Positions 48,329 through 58,316 of a stretch of 64,000 nucleotides of DNA are shown here, one piece after another (position 1 is the first letter of the stretch; the number at the start of each line of letters is the position of its first letter). Source of the stretch: an uncultured Candidatus Saccharibacteria bacterium (GTDB lineage: Bacteria > Patescibacteriota > Minisyncoccia > Phycocordibacterales > DAORIS01). The position numbers and the translations under genes were made by a program. The DNA lies in NCBI GenBank assembly GCA_964644035.1, contig CAZXUH010000002.1, forward strand, positions 104,881-168,880, in the 5' to 3' direction. The notes under the pieces were generated by a model, which was given only the letters and a program-made list of their open reading frames with translations, searched no databases and had not been told where the DNA came from.

Positions 48329-49972
48329 ATGCTCAATTTCTTTTCTTCACCAACATACAATAAGATTTTCAAGATTTGTTTTGTGCTCTATATATTGTTT
48401 GCCGCATTGCTCATAGCCCGTTCGTCTTCTGTTGGTATCGATGGTCAGAGGCATTTTGTGCTTTTCGATGATGCAATGATCTCTATGCGTTATGCCGACA
48501 ACCTCGCTCATGGCAATGGCTTGGTTTGGAATATTGGCGAGAAGGTAGAAGGCTTCACCAATCCGCTCATGGTATTTATTATGTCTGTTGCTATTGTGAT
48601 ATTTGGGAATAATTACTCAATGCTGTTTATCCAACTCCTCGGTCTTGCATGTCTTGCAACAAATATATTTTTGGCCCACAAGATTATTTCTCGACTTCTA
48701 CATTCAGACGAGCAAAAAGACTTTCTGAAGTTTATTGGATTGCTTCTAGTGATGGTATGGTATCCGGTTATGTACTGGTCAGTATTTGGAATGGAGACAG
48801 GGTATCTCACTACATTACTGCTCTATATTTTCTATCTTTCTATATATAAAGATACGCAGAATAAAATCAGTATTGTTGTTCCGATCTTGCTTTCACTCGT
48901 CTATCTTTCTCGTCCTGAGGGAATTTTGTTTATTGGTATTTTCCTTCTATTTAGATTGATACAGCGCTGGCCGATAAAGAAAAACATGTTGCCTGTTGTT
49001 GTCGAGGGACTCATTGCTGCAGTGCCTATTGTTGGCTATCAAATATTTAGAGTTATGTATTATGGTCAGAGGTATCCCAATACATATATTCTCAAAGTCA
49101 CAGGTATGTCGATCGACGACCGTCTCAAAAATGGTTTTGGTTTCTATCAGCCATTCATCGACAGAGTAGAGATATTTATTGGCGCTGTCGTTATTTTCTT
49201 TTTTATCTATGCCTGGAAGAGCGGCATCCCAGTAAAAGAAAAAGTAAAGAATATTTTTGTCGGTTCATATCGCTATGTGACTATGTCTGTTCTTTTGTTC
49301 ATGACATATAGCGCATATCAGATTTGGGTTGGGGGAGATCCGTGGCCACCATTTTGGCGCATGACCGTCCCATATACTGTTCTCTTTTTCTTAGCTTTTG
49401 TCGTAGTGCTCGATGAATTGAGAAAACTCTTTACTATCAAAGCAGATATGTTCAAGGCTCTCGTAAGTATCATTGTCTTTGGTTTCCTTATGTTCATTCC
49501 ATACGACTATCATTTTGATTTCATGAGGCTTGAGCCATATCAGACTAGAAACAATGCAGAAAATATCAATATTGCTTTGGCGATCAAAGAAGTGACCGAT
49601 AGCAAAGCAACAGTAGCATCGTTTTGGGCTGGCACGATCCCATATCTTAGTGAACGCATGTCATTTGATCCACTTGGAAAGACCGATGCGTATATTGCTA
49701 CATTGTCGCCAGATGTTTCAGGTGCGGTGGCCAATCCAAACCGCGGACTCTACAGCATGCCAGGGCACAACAAATACGATCTCAACTATACGTTTGTAGA
49801 AAAGAAGCCAGATGTAATCATTTATATGGATGTTAATGGACACTACTGTGCGTGGGGTAAACAAAATCTCGAAGAATGGTGTAAGCGCAATTATTCTCTT
49901 ATCACGCACAAGGGAATACGATTGCTTGTGAAGAAAAACTCAAGTCACGTTTTGTGGGATAATATTAAATAA
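48329..49972 (+). CDS. GT-C fold polytopic membrane glycosyltransferase (ArnT/PMT/arabinosyltransferase-like)
   Basis: Start refined to the Met at 48329 after the epimerase stop. A dozen or more TM helices, first extracytoplasmic loop with acidic FDDAMISMRY, and a large C-terminal soluble domain. Confidence 0.55.
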   Translation: MLNFFSSPTYNKIFKICFVLYILFAALLIARSSSVGIDGQRHFVLFDDAMISMRYADNLAHGNGLVWNIGEKVEGFTNPLMVFIMSVAIVIFGNNYSMLFIQLLGLACLATNIFLAHKIISRLLHSDEQKDFLKFIGLLLVMVWYPVMYWSVFGMETGYLTTLLLYIFYLSIYKDTQNKISIVVPILLSLVYLSRPEGILFIGIFLLFRLIQRWPIKKNMLPVVVEGLIAAVPIVGYQIFRVMYYGQRYPNTYILKVTGMSIDDRLKNGFGFYQPFIDRVEIFIGAVVIFFFIYAWKSGIPVKEKVKNIFVGSYRYVTMSVLLFMTYSAYQIWVGGDPWPPFWRMTVPYTVLFFLAFVVVLDELRKLFTIKADMFKALVSIIVFGFLMFIPYDYHFDFMRLEPYQTRNNAENINIALAIKEVTDSKATVASFWAGTIPYLSERMSFDPLGKTDAYIATLSPDVSGAVANPNRGLYSMPGHNKYDLNYTFVEKKPDVIIYMDVNGHYCAWGKQNLEEWCKRNYSLITHKGIRLLVKKNSSHVLWDNIK

Positions 49973-49973
49973 C

Positions 49974-50333
49974 ATGGCAACCATATATCTCATCGCAGCA
50001 TTTCTGCTCAATGGTACGGCAAATATTCTACTTAAGATCGGATCGAAAAAGGGAATAGTGTTTGATGGTGTGAGTCTGCAAACCATCACTGCCAATTATC
50101 TTTTTATTTTGGGACTCATATGTTTTGCACTCAATGCACTGTTTTATTTTCTTGCGCTTAAAGCTTTGCCTCTGACAGTTGCATATCCGGTTATGATCGG
50201 CATGAGCTTGATCATTATCAATGCCTTCGCGCTTATCTATCTCAATGAAAGTATCAACTTCATGCAGATGATCGGGTATGGGTTGTTGGTCATTGGGGTT
50301 GGATTTATTTTTTATTTTTCATCAGCACGATAA
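49974..50333 (+). CDS. small 4-TM SMR/DMT-like membrane protein (ArnE/ArnF-like flippase candidate)
   Basis: 119 aa, four hydrophobic helices, sequence pattern like EamA/ArnE (NGTANILLKIGSKK...). Confidence 0.5.
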   Translation: MATIYLIAAFLLNGTANILLKIGSKKGIVFDGVSLQTITANYLFILGLICFALNALFYFLALKALPLTVAYPVMIGMSLIIINAFALIYLNESINFMQMIGYGLLVIGVGFIFYFSSAR

Positions 50334-50800
50334 TGCGTACATATTTTGAAAATCTCAATATCGATGGTTGGTCAGGACAGACAGTGCTTGTCGATATCGA
50401 TGGCACACTGACCGTCGATGGTAGTGCTGAAGTCAGTCAGCAAGCAGTCGCTCAAATGAAACGCATTCTTAGTGCCAATACAGTATTTCTCACTTCCAAT
50501 AAAAGAAAACCTGAGCGCAATTATCAAGTAGCTCAAATGCTCAATGTGCCGTTTATCGACAGTCCATTTAAAAAGCCAAACAAAAAAGTTATTGAACGTT
50601 TCTCACACCTCTTTAAACAAAATGTTTTGGTGATTGGAGACAAGTTTTTGACCGACGGTCTATTTGCTAAAAACATAGGTGCACGGTTTATCAAAATCAG
50701 ACGTCTGACTTCCAAAAGTGACAGTGTGAAGACCAAAATTACCTATTTTGTAGATGATGTTGTTTCAGCCCTTTTAAGTCCCTTTTTCAGGTCATTTTAG
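50333..50800 (+). CDS. HAD superfamily phosphatase (subfamily IIIA, YqeG-like)
   Basis: Motif I VLVDIDGTL, motif III K(K)P, motif IV VIGDKFLTD. Confidence 0.7.
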   Translation: MRTYFENLNIDGWSGQTVLVDIDGTLTVDGSAEVSQQAVAQMKRILSANTVFLTSNKRKPERNYQVAQMLNVPFIDSPFKKPNKKVIERFSHLFKQNVLVIGDKFLTDGLFAKNIGARFIKIRRLTSKSDSVKTKITYFVDDVVSALLSPFFRSF

Positions 50801-50839
50801 GCCTTTGTATAGGCCAATATAAGCCTCTATCCCTATCGC

Positions 50840-50867
50840 TTGACGCTCTGGGGGGTCTTGGTATATA
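50840..50867 (+). promoter_or_regulatory. strong sigma70-type promoter in the rRNA leader
   Basis: TTGACG, 16-nt spacer, TATATA, about 340 nt upstream of the 23S 5' end. Confidence 0.55.
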
Positions 50868-50950
50868 CTGTCTTTCACTTGAATATGTTGAACACAAATA
50901 GCCAAAGATTGAAGCGGTCCTAAGACTCCGGTCTTAGCTTTTGCAAAAAA

Positions 50951-50985
50951 GCCGCTTCAAAAAGCGGTTTTTTTGTTCAAAGAAT
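50951..50985 (+). terminator. terminator-like hairpin plus U-tract inside the rRNA leader
   Basis: AAAAAAGCCGCTT-CAAA-AAGCGGTTTTTTT. Preceded by a second hairpin CTAAGAC-TCCG-GTCTTAG at 50927-50946. Confidence 0.5.
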
Positions 50986-51741
50986 GTTCAAGTAAGACAT
51001 GGTCTTTGACAACTGAATCCTGCGACAATACTCAAACTCAAAATTTGAAATGGTGTCGAACACCGTATTGGACGCAGATTGAATTGATTGTAGGTAATTG
51101 AAGTTATATAAAATTTTCTCCTTGTCAGGCTAGTAACTTGGCGAGGGGGTCTTTCATTTTATGTAACAGGATAAAGTAGAATATAAGATTGTGGTTCTTA
51201 CATTTCCTAATAAGGAAATTAAGGGCATATGGTGGATGCCTTGACTCTACATGGCGATGAAGGACGCAGCATGGCGGCGATACGCTTCGGGGAGGTGCCT
51301 AGCAACCTTTGATCCGAAGATGTCCGAATGGGGTAACCCCTCTGTTAATCAGAGACGTACGCACATTAGCGTACGTGCATACCCAGGGAAGTAAAACATT
51401 TCAGTACCTGGAGGAATAGAAACCAATTGGTATTTCCTTAGTAGCGGCGAGCGAAAAGGAAGAAGCTCAAACTCAGCTCTCAACTTTGTTATTGGAGATT
51501 TATTTTTCCAATTCAAAGTTGATAGCTGGGGGTTGTAAGGTAGCAGCGTGATTTTTAAAATCAGAAAAGTTACAAAACAAATTGTTAGAAGAACAACCTG
51601 GAAAGGTTGACCATAGTGGGTAATAGTCCCGTATTTGAAAATAATTTGTCTTTTCAGTTGTTATTCTTGAGTACTTCGAGACACGAGTGGCTCGGAGGAA
51701 TCTGCCGGAACTAACCGGTAAAGCTAAATACATGTAGAGAT

Positions 51742-51778
<37 letters not shown>

Positions 51779-52353
51779 AAGCCCGGAAGGGCAGTGAAAT
51801 AGAACTGAAACCATATGTCTACAAGGAGTCGATGCGGGTATTTATATCCGCTACGGCGTGCCTATTGAAGAATGAGCCAACGAGTTGATGCATAGTGTAC
51901 GCTAAGGGCGAGAGCCTGGAGCGATAGGGAAACCGAGTGTTAATAGCGCGCCTATACTATTCATCAGACCCGAAACCAGAGCGAGCTAATTATGAGCAGG
52001 GTGAACTTCAGAGAAATCTGGAGGGAGGCCCGAACGGTTGAGCCGTGCAATACTCTCCGATGACTTGTGATTAGAAGTGAAAAGCTAACCGAGCCTGGTA
52101 ATAGCTGGTTCTCTCCGAAATAGCTTTTGGGCTAGCGTCATGTGTTCCCCTCGGGGGTAGAGCACTGGAAGGTCTCGACAGGGAGAAATCTCGCGAGACC
52201 TATCAAACTCCGAATACCGAGGATTAAAAGCGTGGCAGTTAGACTGTGGGGGCTAAGCTCCATTGGTCAAAAGGGAAACAGCCCGGATCTCAATTTAAGG
52301 TCCCTAAATCTATGCTAAGTGCACTTAAGGTAGTGTTTCGTCTATGACACTGA

Positions 52354-52385
<32 letters not shown>

Positions 52386-53189
52386 GAAAGCGTAACAGCT
52401 CACTCAGTAAGACGCGATGCGCCGAAGATAATCGGGGCTAAGCATAGTACCGAAACTGAGGATTGTACATTTTTTCGAATTTGTACACTGGTAGGAGAGT
52501 TTTCTTGTCTGCGATGAAGGCAAAGGGGTGACCCATGCTGGAGCGTCAAGAAGTAAGAATGTTGGCACAAGTAACCACAAGGTTTGTGAAAACCAAACCC
52601 GCCGAAAGAACAAGGTTTCCTTCGCGATGACAATCAGCGAAGGGTAAGTCGGGCCTAAGGCAATGACGAGAGTCGCAGCCGATGGACACACGGTTAATAT
52701 TCCGTGACTTTTATTGCAAGTGATGGGAGGACGGAGTGTAGTATGTATCGCGCATTATTGGATTTGACGTTCGTGTTCTGAGTGTGGCTTCCTGGCAAAT
52801 CCGGAAGCGGCCGCAAGGCGCACACAAGGAAAGCGAAAATGCTCAGGGCTTGCTCTGAGTAAATGATACAAAGCACGCTTCCAAGAAAAGTCTCTAAACT
52901 TATTGTAATGAAAACCGTACCGCAAACCGACACAGGTGTTCAGCTCGAGTAGAGCAAGGCGAACGGGTGAGGGGTCTCCAAGGAACTCGGCAAAAAAGCA
53001 GCCGTAACTTCGGAATAAGGCTTGCCTTCAGCAATGAAGGCCGCAGCTAAAGTATGCTTGGCAACTGTTTATCAAAAACACAGCTCCCTGCGAACTCGCA
53101 AGAGGATGTATAGGGGGTGACACTTGACCAATGCCAGAAGGTCAAACGTTGGCGGTGAGATTATATCAAGCTGACTGATGTAAGCCCTG

Positions 53190-53224
<35 letters not shown>

Positions 53225-53536
53225 TCTCTGTTGATACAGGTGTAAATATCTGGATGAACAGAGAAGGATTGGGGCTGTTATATGTTTGTGAATTGATAAC
53301 AAAAGGAGCCGTAATATGTCATAGAAAGAGGAATTAATTAAAAACGCTACCCTTCATGAGTGATCATGAAGTCCAAAACTGACTGTATGTGTACAATCTA
53401 CTTAAGATTGCTACGCAGGAAAGACTCGAATATTCGAAAGAATGATCGAGAATCCCCAGAGACCAGACGTCAGGCTAGATCGCAAGGTCTAGTAAGAAAG
53501 AGTCCATACTCAATAGCAATATTGAGCTTATAATAG
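53225..53536 (+). other. ORF-less group I intron in 23S rRNA at E. coli position L1931 (312 nt)
   Basis: Interrupts GGTCCTAAGGT|AGCGAAATTCC. The 5' exon ends in U and the intron ends in G. R-like (CAGAGACCAG) and S-like (AAGAAAGAGTCC) core elements are present. Confidence 0.7.
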
Positions 53537-54199
53537 AGCGAAATTCCTTGTCAGGTAAGTTCTGACGCGCACGAATAGTGTAATGACTGAGCAACTGTCT
53601 CGGAGACTCGCCCGGTGAAAATACAATACCGGTGAAGATGCCGGTTACCTGCAGATAGACGAAAAGACCCTAGAAGCTTTACTACAACTTGGTATTGAGC
53701 GTATGTTTTTACTGCGTAGCATAGAGGTGAGACTTTGAAGTTTCGTTTTCGGATGAAATGGAGTCGTCAGTGAAATAGCCTTCTGTCAAAATATACGTTC
53801 TAACCTCGAGGGAAAAAACCGCGAGAGACAGTATCTGGTGGGTAGTTTTAGTGGGGCGCTATCCTCCTAAAAAGTAACGGAGGAGTTTATTAAGGTCAGC
53901 TAACCGCGAATGGAAACCGTGGTAATAGTGTAATGGCACAAGCTGGCTTAACTGTAAGACGTACTTGTCGAGCAGATGCGAAAGCAGAACATAGTGAACC
54001 GACCATACGCGTTAGATGCGGTGGAAGATTATCGGACAAAAGCTACTCTAGGGATAACAGGCTGGTACTGCCTAAGAGTCCATATCGACGGCAGTGTTCG
54101 GCACCTCGATGTCGGCTCATCTTATCCTGGGGGCGGAGAAGCTCCCAAGGGTTTGGCTGTTCGCCAATTAAAAAGATACGCGAGCTGGGTTCAGACCGT

Positions 54200-54649
54200 T
54201 AAGGAGCTATTTAGATTGCTTCTTAAAAACAGTATTTTCGAAATGCACGCATAATTTTCTGTTGAAAATTTGCTCCTGCTCGGCCTCACGGCCTGTGCAA
54301 GGCATTTCTCAAACATGTTTTTAAGTTGTATAAATAGCGGCTCTTTAACAGTCTGAATCCCGAGGAAACTTTCACTAAACGTATTTCATGCATATTCATT
54401 TATGCGAGTACGTGATACCCAGAAGAAAGTCTGTTACTAACCATATTCACGGCGGTTATTCGAAGTAATTCGTATAACTCAAAACACAACTAATATCGGT
54501 AAAACCCGGGAGGGCAATACCGAGAGAACTCACAAATTTATTTTGTGAGGCTCGTAGAGACTAAACGTTGTGCTCCTCTGATTTCTATTAATATGAAGTT
54601 TGAGGATGAAGCTATAGTCCAATGCCCGGAGCAATCTGGGAAAAACATG
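54200..54649 (+). other. ORF-less group I intron in 23S rRNA at E. coli position L2593 (450 nt)
   Basis: Interrupts AGACCGT|CGTGAGACAG. The intron ends in G. R-like (GTAGAGACTAAA) and S-like (GAAGCTATAGTCC) core elements are present. Confidence 0.7.
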
Positions 54650-55038
54650 CGTGAGACAGGTTGGTCTCCTATCTACTGCAGGCGTTGATTCTTGAGGAGA
54701 TTTGTCTTTAGTACGAGAGGACCGAGATGAACTGACCTCTGGTCTGGGAGCTCTGCCGCCAGGTGGACCGCTCCGTAGCTATGTCAGGCACAGATAACCT
54801 CTGAATGCATCTAAGAGGGAAGCTGTCTCCAAGATGAGGAATCGTTTAGACTCCTGAGAGATGATCAGGTTGATAGGCACTAGGTGTACGCATAGTAATA
54901 TGTTGAGCCGAGGTGTACTAATAAGTCGATTCTTATTAGGAAATGTGTGAATTACATCTTACGTTAGAACTTTATCCTGTTACATGGAATGAAATTCCAT
55001 GAGAGACAGTATTTACAATCAATTTAGTATTTGAATTT

Positions 55039-55156
55039 TCTGTTCTGGTGGTTTGTCGCGGGGGTCACACCTGATCTCATTCCGAACTCAGAAGTTAAGC
55101 CCCGTTGAGGCGATGATATCCTTATGGAGGGGAAAGTAGCTAGCCGCCGGTACAGA
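55039..55156 (+). rRNA. rrf: 5S ribosomal RNA
   Basis: CCTGATCTCATTCCGAACTCAGAAGTTAAGCC core. Helix I pairs TCTGTTCTGGTGG with CCGCCGGTACAGA. Confidence 0.85.
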
Positions 55157-55223
55157 GTATTCAAATTTGCGAAGAAACTAGAGCTTGCCAATAGGTACAG
55201 AGAATTTAAATGAAATTATAGAC

Positions 55224-55252
55224 AAAACCATCCGAAAGGGTGGTTTTTGTTT
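55224..55252 (+). terminator. intrinsic terminator after 5S rRNA
   Basis: AACCATCC-GAAA-GGGTGGTT followed by TTTGTTTTG. Confidence 0.7.
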
Positions 55253-55269
55253 TGTGTTACAATAATGCC

Positions 55270-56637
55270 ATGAATTGGGCGACGCGCAGAAAGCTGTTTT
55301 ATCTCGGTATTTTCTTTATCCTATTTTTTGGCCTTGTAGCTGGAGCTTATTTTGCTTTTTTTAGACAAACCGCAAACTGTTTTGATGGTAAGCAAAATGG
55401 CTTAGAAACGGGACTCGACTGTGGTGGAGCTTGCACCCGACTATGTCCATTGGAAAATCTCGATCCAATTGTCGAATGGTCACGAGCATTTGAACTCAAT
55501 GCCACGACGCATAGCTTGGTGGCTTATGTAGAAAATCCAAATATAAATGCCGGAGTTTCATATGCACCGTATACTTTTGTGGTCTTCGATGCTCAGAATA
55601 AAGAAATATTTAAAAAGGAAGGCGCGACGATCATTCCTCCAGGAAAGCGTTTTGCTGTATTTGAAGGTCCGGTGAGTATTGAAGGAACACCAAGCAAGGT
55701 AGAATTTTCTTTTGGTTCACTAGTCTGGGATAAAATGGATCGCAACGATCTCGCCATCAAAACATCGCAGATACGCATGACTCGTGATGTACCCACGCCT
55801 CGTGTCGATGCGACGATCTCCAATGAATCTCTCAATGAAGCAGGCAATATAGAAGCTGTAGCGATCGTCTACGACGAAACAGGCAATGCTATTGCTGCAT
55901 CTCGAACACTCGTTGATACGGTGGCCAAAGAAGGTTCACAAGGAATTGTATTTACATGGCCAAAGCCTTTTAAAGAACAATATGCTCGATGCGAAGTGCC
56001 AAGCAATGTAGGCCTAGTTATCGATCGCTCAGGCAGCATGGCAAGCGATTCGGCCAACCCGCCAGAACCTCTAACGTCAGTCAAAAATGCAGCCAAGACA
56101 TTTGCAACCGGAATAGGTAAGGGTATTGATGTCTCCCTTGTGTCTTTTGCTGGTACTGCTTCTAATCCTGCTGATTTGCAGCTGACTGCATCAAGAGAGC
56201 GACTCACAGCTGCAATAGATGCTATCAATATCGGCATGACTGGTATACAAGAGACCAATATTGCCGATGCGCTCGATGCTGGTCAGAAAACTCTTATGAA
56301 CAGTGCCTCTACTACTGTCACTAGAAAAGTAATTATTCTTCTTACCGACGGTGAGCCTACTCTGCCAAAAAGTGCTAAAGAAAAAGACTACCCAGCTCTT
56401 ATGGCAAGTCAAAAAGCTCTTGAACTCAAGAACAATGGCATAGAAATATACTCAATCGGTCTTGGAAACAAGCTCAATGAACAGCTGCTTCTTGATATTG
56501 CCACAGACCCTGATCACTATTTCAAAGCACCGACCAAGACTGATGTCGGAGCAATCTATTCTCGTATCGCCACAAGTCTTTGTGTAAAGCATCCAATCAT
56601 CGAAATAATTACCCGCGTTTTCCCGACGAATAACTAA
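55270..56637 (+). CDS. membrane-anchored von Willebrand factor type A (VWA) domain protein
   Basis: Start refined to the Met after the terminator. N-terminal TM; MIDAS motif DRSGSM...S..T...DG. Confidence 0.7.
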   Translation: MNWATRRKLFYLGIFFILFFGLVAGAYFAFFRQTANCFDGKQNGLETGLDCGGACTRLCPLENLDPIVEWSRAFELNATTHSLVAYVENPNINAGVSYAPYTFVVFDAQNKEIFKKEGATIIPPGKRFAVFEGPVSIEGTPSKVEFSFGSLVWDKMDRNDLAIKTSQIRMTRDVPTPRVDATISNESLNEAGNIEAVAIVYDETGNAIAASRTLVDTVAKEGSQGIVFTWPKPFKEQYARCEVPSNVGLVIDRSGSMASDSANPPEPLTSVKNAAKTFATGIGKGIDVSLVSFAGTASNPADLQLTASRERLTAAIDAINIGMTGIQETNIADALDAGQKTLMNSASTTVTRKVIILLTDGEPTLPKSAKEKDYPALMASQKALELKNNGIEIYSIGLGNKLNEQLLLDIATDPDHYFKAPTKTDVGAIYSRIATSLCVKHPIIEIITRVFPTNN

Positions 56638-56638
56638 T

Positions 56639-57811
56639 ATGTTTTCAATTTTCGGAAAGAAATCCCATACCGACTGGATTTTACTCGTCTCTGCAATGCT
56701 GATCACACTTGCTGGAGCGGTGACGATGTATTCGTTTAGAGATAGCGGTACAGCAGCGTGGTATGACGGTGGAATATTTTTCAATAGACAACTTCTTTAT
56801 CTAGCAGTGTCATTTATCGTGGCTATTGTATTTGCTTCGATCGATTTTAGATTTATGCGTAATACAAGTGTGGTCGTCTCGCTATTTACAGGTTCGCTCT
56901 TCTTTCTCGGACTTTTGTTTGTGCTCGGTCATGTGGCCAAGGGTGCACAAAGCTGGTTTCGCATCGGTGGATTTTCATTTCAACCTGTTGATCTAGCAAA
57001 GATTGCTCTGATCATTCTGTTGGCGAAATACTTCAGTCGTAGGCATATTGAGATCAGAAATATCCGTCATATTATCGTGTCGGGTGTATATGCAAGTGCA
57101 GTCTTCTTTCTCGTCTTGCTTCAGCCCGATTTCGGATCGGCCGTCATTATATTCCTTGTTTGGTTTGGTATGGTGCTTGTGTCAGGTATTTCATACAAAC
57201 ATATATTACTTGTAGTAAGTATCGGTGTTATTTCAAGTCTGGTGTTGTGGGGTTTTGTATTTAAAGATTATCAGAAAGCCAGAATCAGAACCTTCGTCAA
57301 TCCGCTCACAGATATACGTGGCGCAGGCTACAATGCCTATCAATCCATGATCGCTGTCGGATCTGGGCAAATGCTTGGAAAGGGTATTGGTTATGGTACT
57401 CAATCGAGACTACGATTCTTACCTGAATATCAGACCGACTTTATATTTGCAGCGTTTGCTGAAGAGTGGGGATTTATAGGTGCTTTTATTTTGCTTGGTT
57501 TGTATGCGACGCTCTTGTGGCGCATTTTCCATCATTCTATACGAGGGGAAAGTAACTTCGAAATTCTTTTCGGATTTGGTATCGGTATTTTGTTTTTAGT
57601 GCTTGCTTCGGTCAATGTTGGTATGAATATTGGCGTTTTACCTGTGACCGGCGTACCACTACCCTTTATGAGTTATGGAGGTAGTCATTTACTTACAGAA
57701 TATATTGCACTCGGTCTGCTTATGGGTATGAGCTCATATGCTCGACCCACTCATCGAAGTGTCCTTAAAAGAGAAATAGAGAGTGTTACTCCTACTAATA
57801 TTACCAAGTAG
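56639..57811 (+). CDS. SEDS family peptidoglycan glycosyltransferase (FtsW/RodA)
   Basis: 10-TM protein with a conserved loop (QPDFGSA...; LPVTGVPLPFMSYGGS). Confidence 0.88.
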   Translation: MFSIFGKKSHTDWILLVSAMLITLAGAVTMYSFRDSGTAAWYDGGIFFNRQLLYLAVSFIVAIVFASIDFRFMRNTSVVVSLFTGSLFFLGLLFVLGHVAKGAQSWFRIGGFSFQPVDLAKIALIILLAKYFSRRHIEIRNIRHIIVSGVYASAVFFLVLLQPDFGSAVIIFLVWFGMVLVSGISYKHILLVVSIGVISSLVLWGFVFKDYQKARIRTFVNPLTDIRGAGYNAYQSMIAVGSGQMLGKGIGYGTQSRLRFLPEYQTDFIFAAFAEEWGFIGAFILLGLYATLLWRIFHHSIRGESNFEILFGFGIGILFLVLASVNVGMNIGVLPVTGVPLPFMSYGGSHLLTEYIALGLLMGMSSYARPTHRSVLKREIESVTPTNITK

Positions 57812-58316
57812 AAGCTCCTGAAGTGTAGACTGCAATGCTCTGATCAGATGTAGATGGTCGATCAAATGGATGTGCTGGACTGTTTGGATCAAAGTTTTCT
57901 GCGCCATTGTATGCTGCAAGCATGTATTCAGATCCGTCTGATCGATAAATATAGCAGCGTGTACCGGCGCCAGGTAGAGGGTCTTCAGAAAGAGTAGAAA
58001 TATATGTTGGTACTACGCCTGGTATGTAGCCCGTTGGTCCGTATCCTTGTGCTGGTACAGCAGCTCCTGCGCATGTACCTGCTCCAGCTCTAAACTGGCC
58101 CGATGTATTTGGGAATGACCCGTATTCATTTCTATAGAGTTCAATTGCTTTTTGCATTTCACGAAGGTCGCGCATGCGCTCTGTGTCGCGGGCTTTCTTT
58201 TTGGTGCCGACTGTCTGAGCAAAAATAATTGATGCCAAGAAGGTGATAATCGAGACGACAACCATCAATTCTATTAGGGTAAAGCCTTTGCGTGTCTTAG
58301 CGGTGAGGATTTTCAT
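57801..58316 (-). CDS. type IV pilin / pseudopilin
   Basis: Class III signal peptide MKILTAKTRKG|FTLIELMVVVSII (G-1, F+1, E+5) followed by a soluble globular domain. Confidence 0.8.
   Translation of the reverse strand: MKILTAKTRKGFTLIELMVVVSIITFLASIIFAQTVGTKKKARDTERMRDLREMQKAIELYRNEYGSFPNTSGQFRAGAGTCAGAAVPAQGYGPTGYIPGVVPTYISTLSEDPLPGAGTRCYIYRSDGSEYMLAAYNGAENFDPNSPAHPFDRPSTSDQSIAVYTSGASTW

Noticed and set aside
51019-51033. TTGACA-like hexamer in the rRNA leader as a second promoter -35
   Set aside because: No acceptable -10 (TACTCA) at the proper spacing. The sequence fits a boxA-like GGTCTTTGACAAC element better.
50801-51206. 16S rRNA gene expected upstream of 23S
   Set aside because: Only about 400 nt separate the HAD gene stop from the 23S 5' end, and none of it resembles 16S. 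The 16S gene must be elsewhere.
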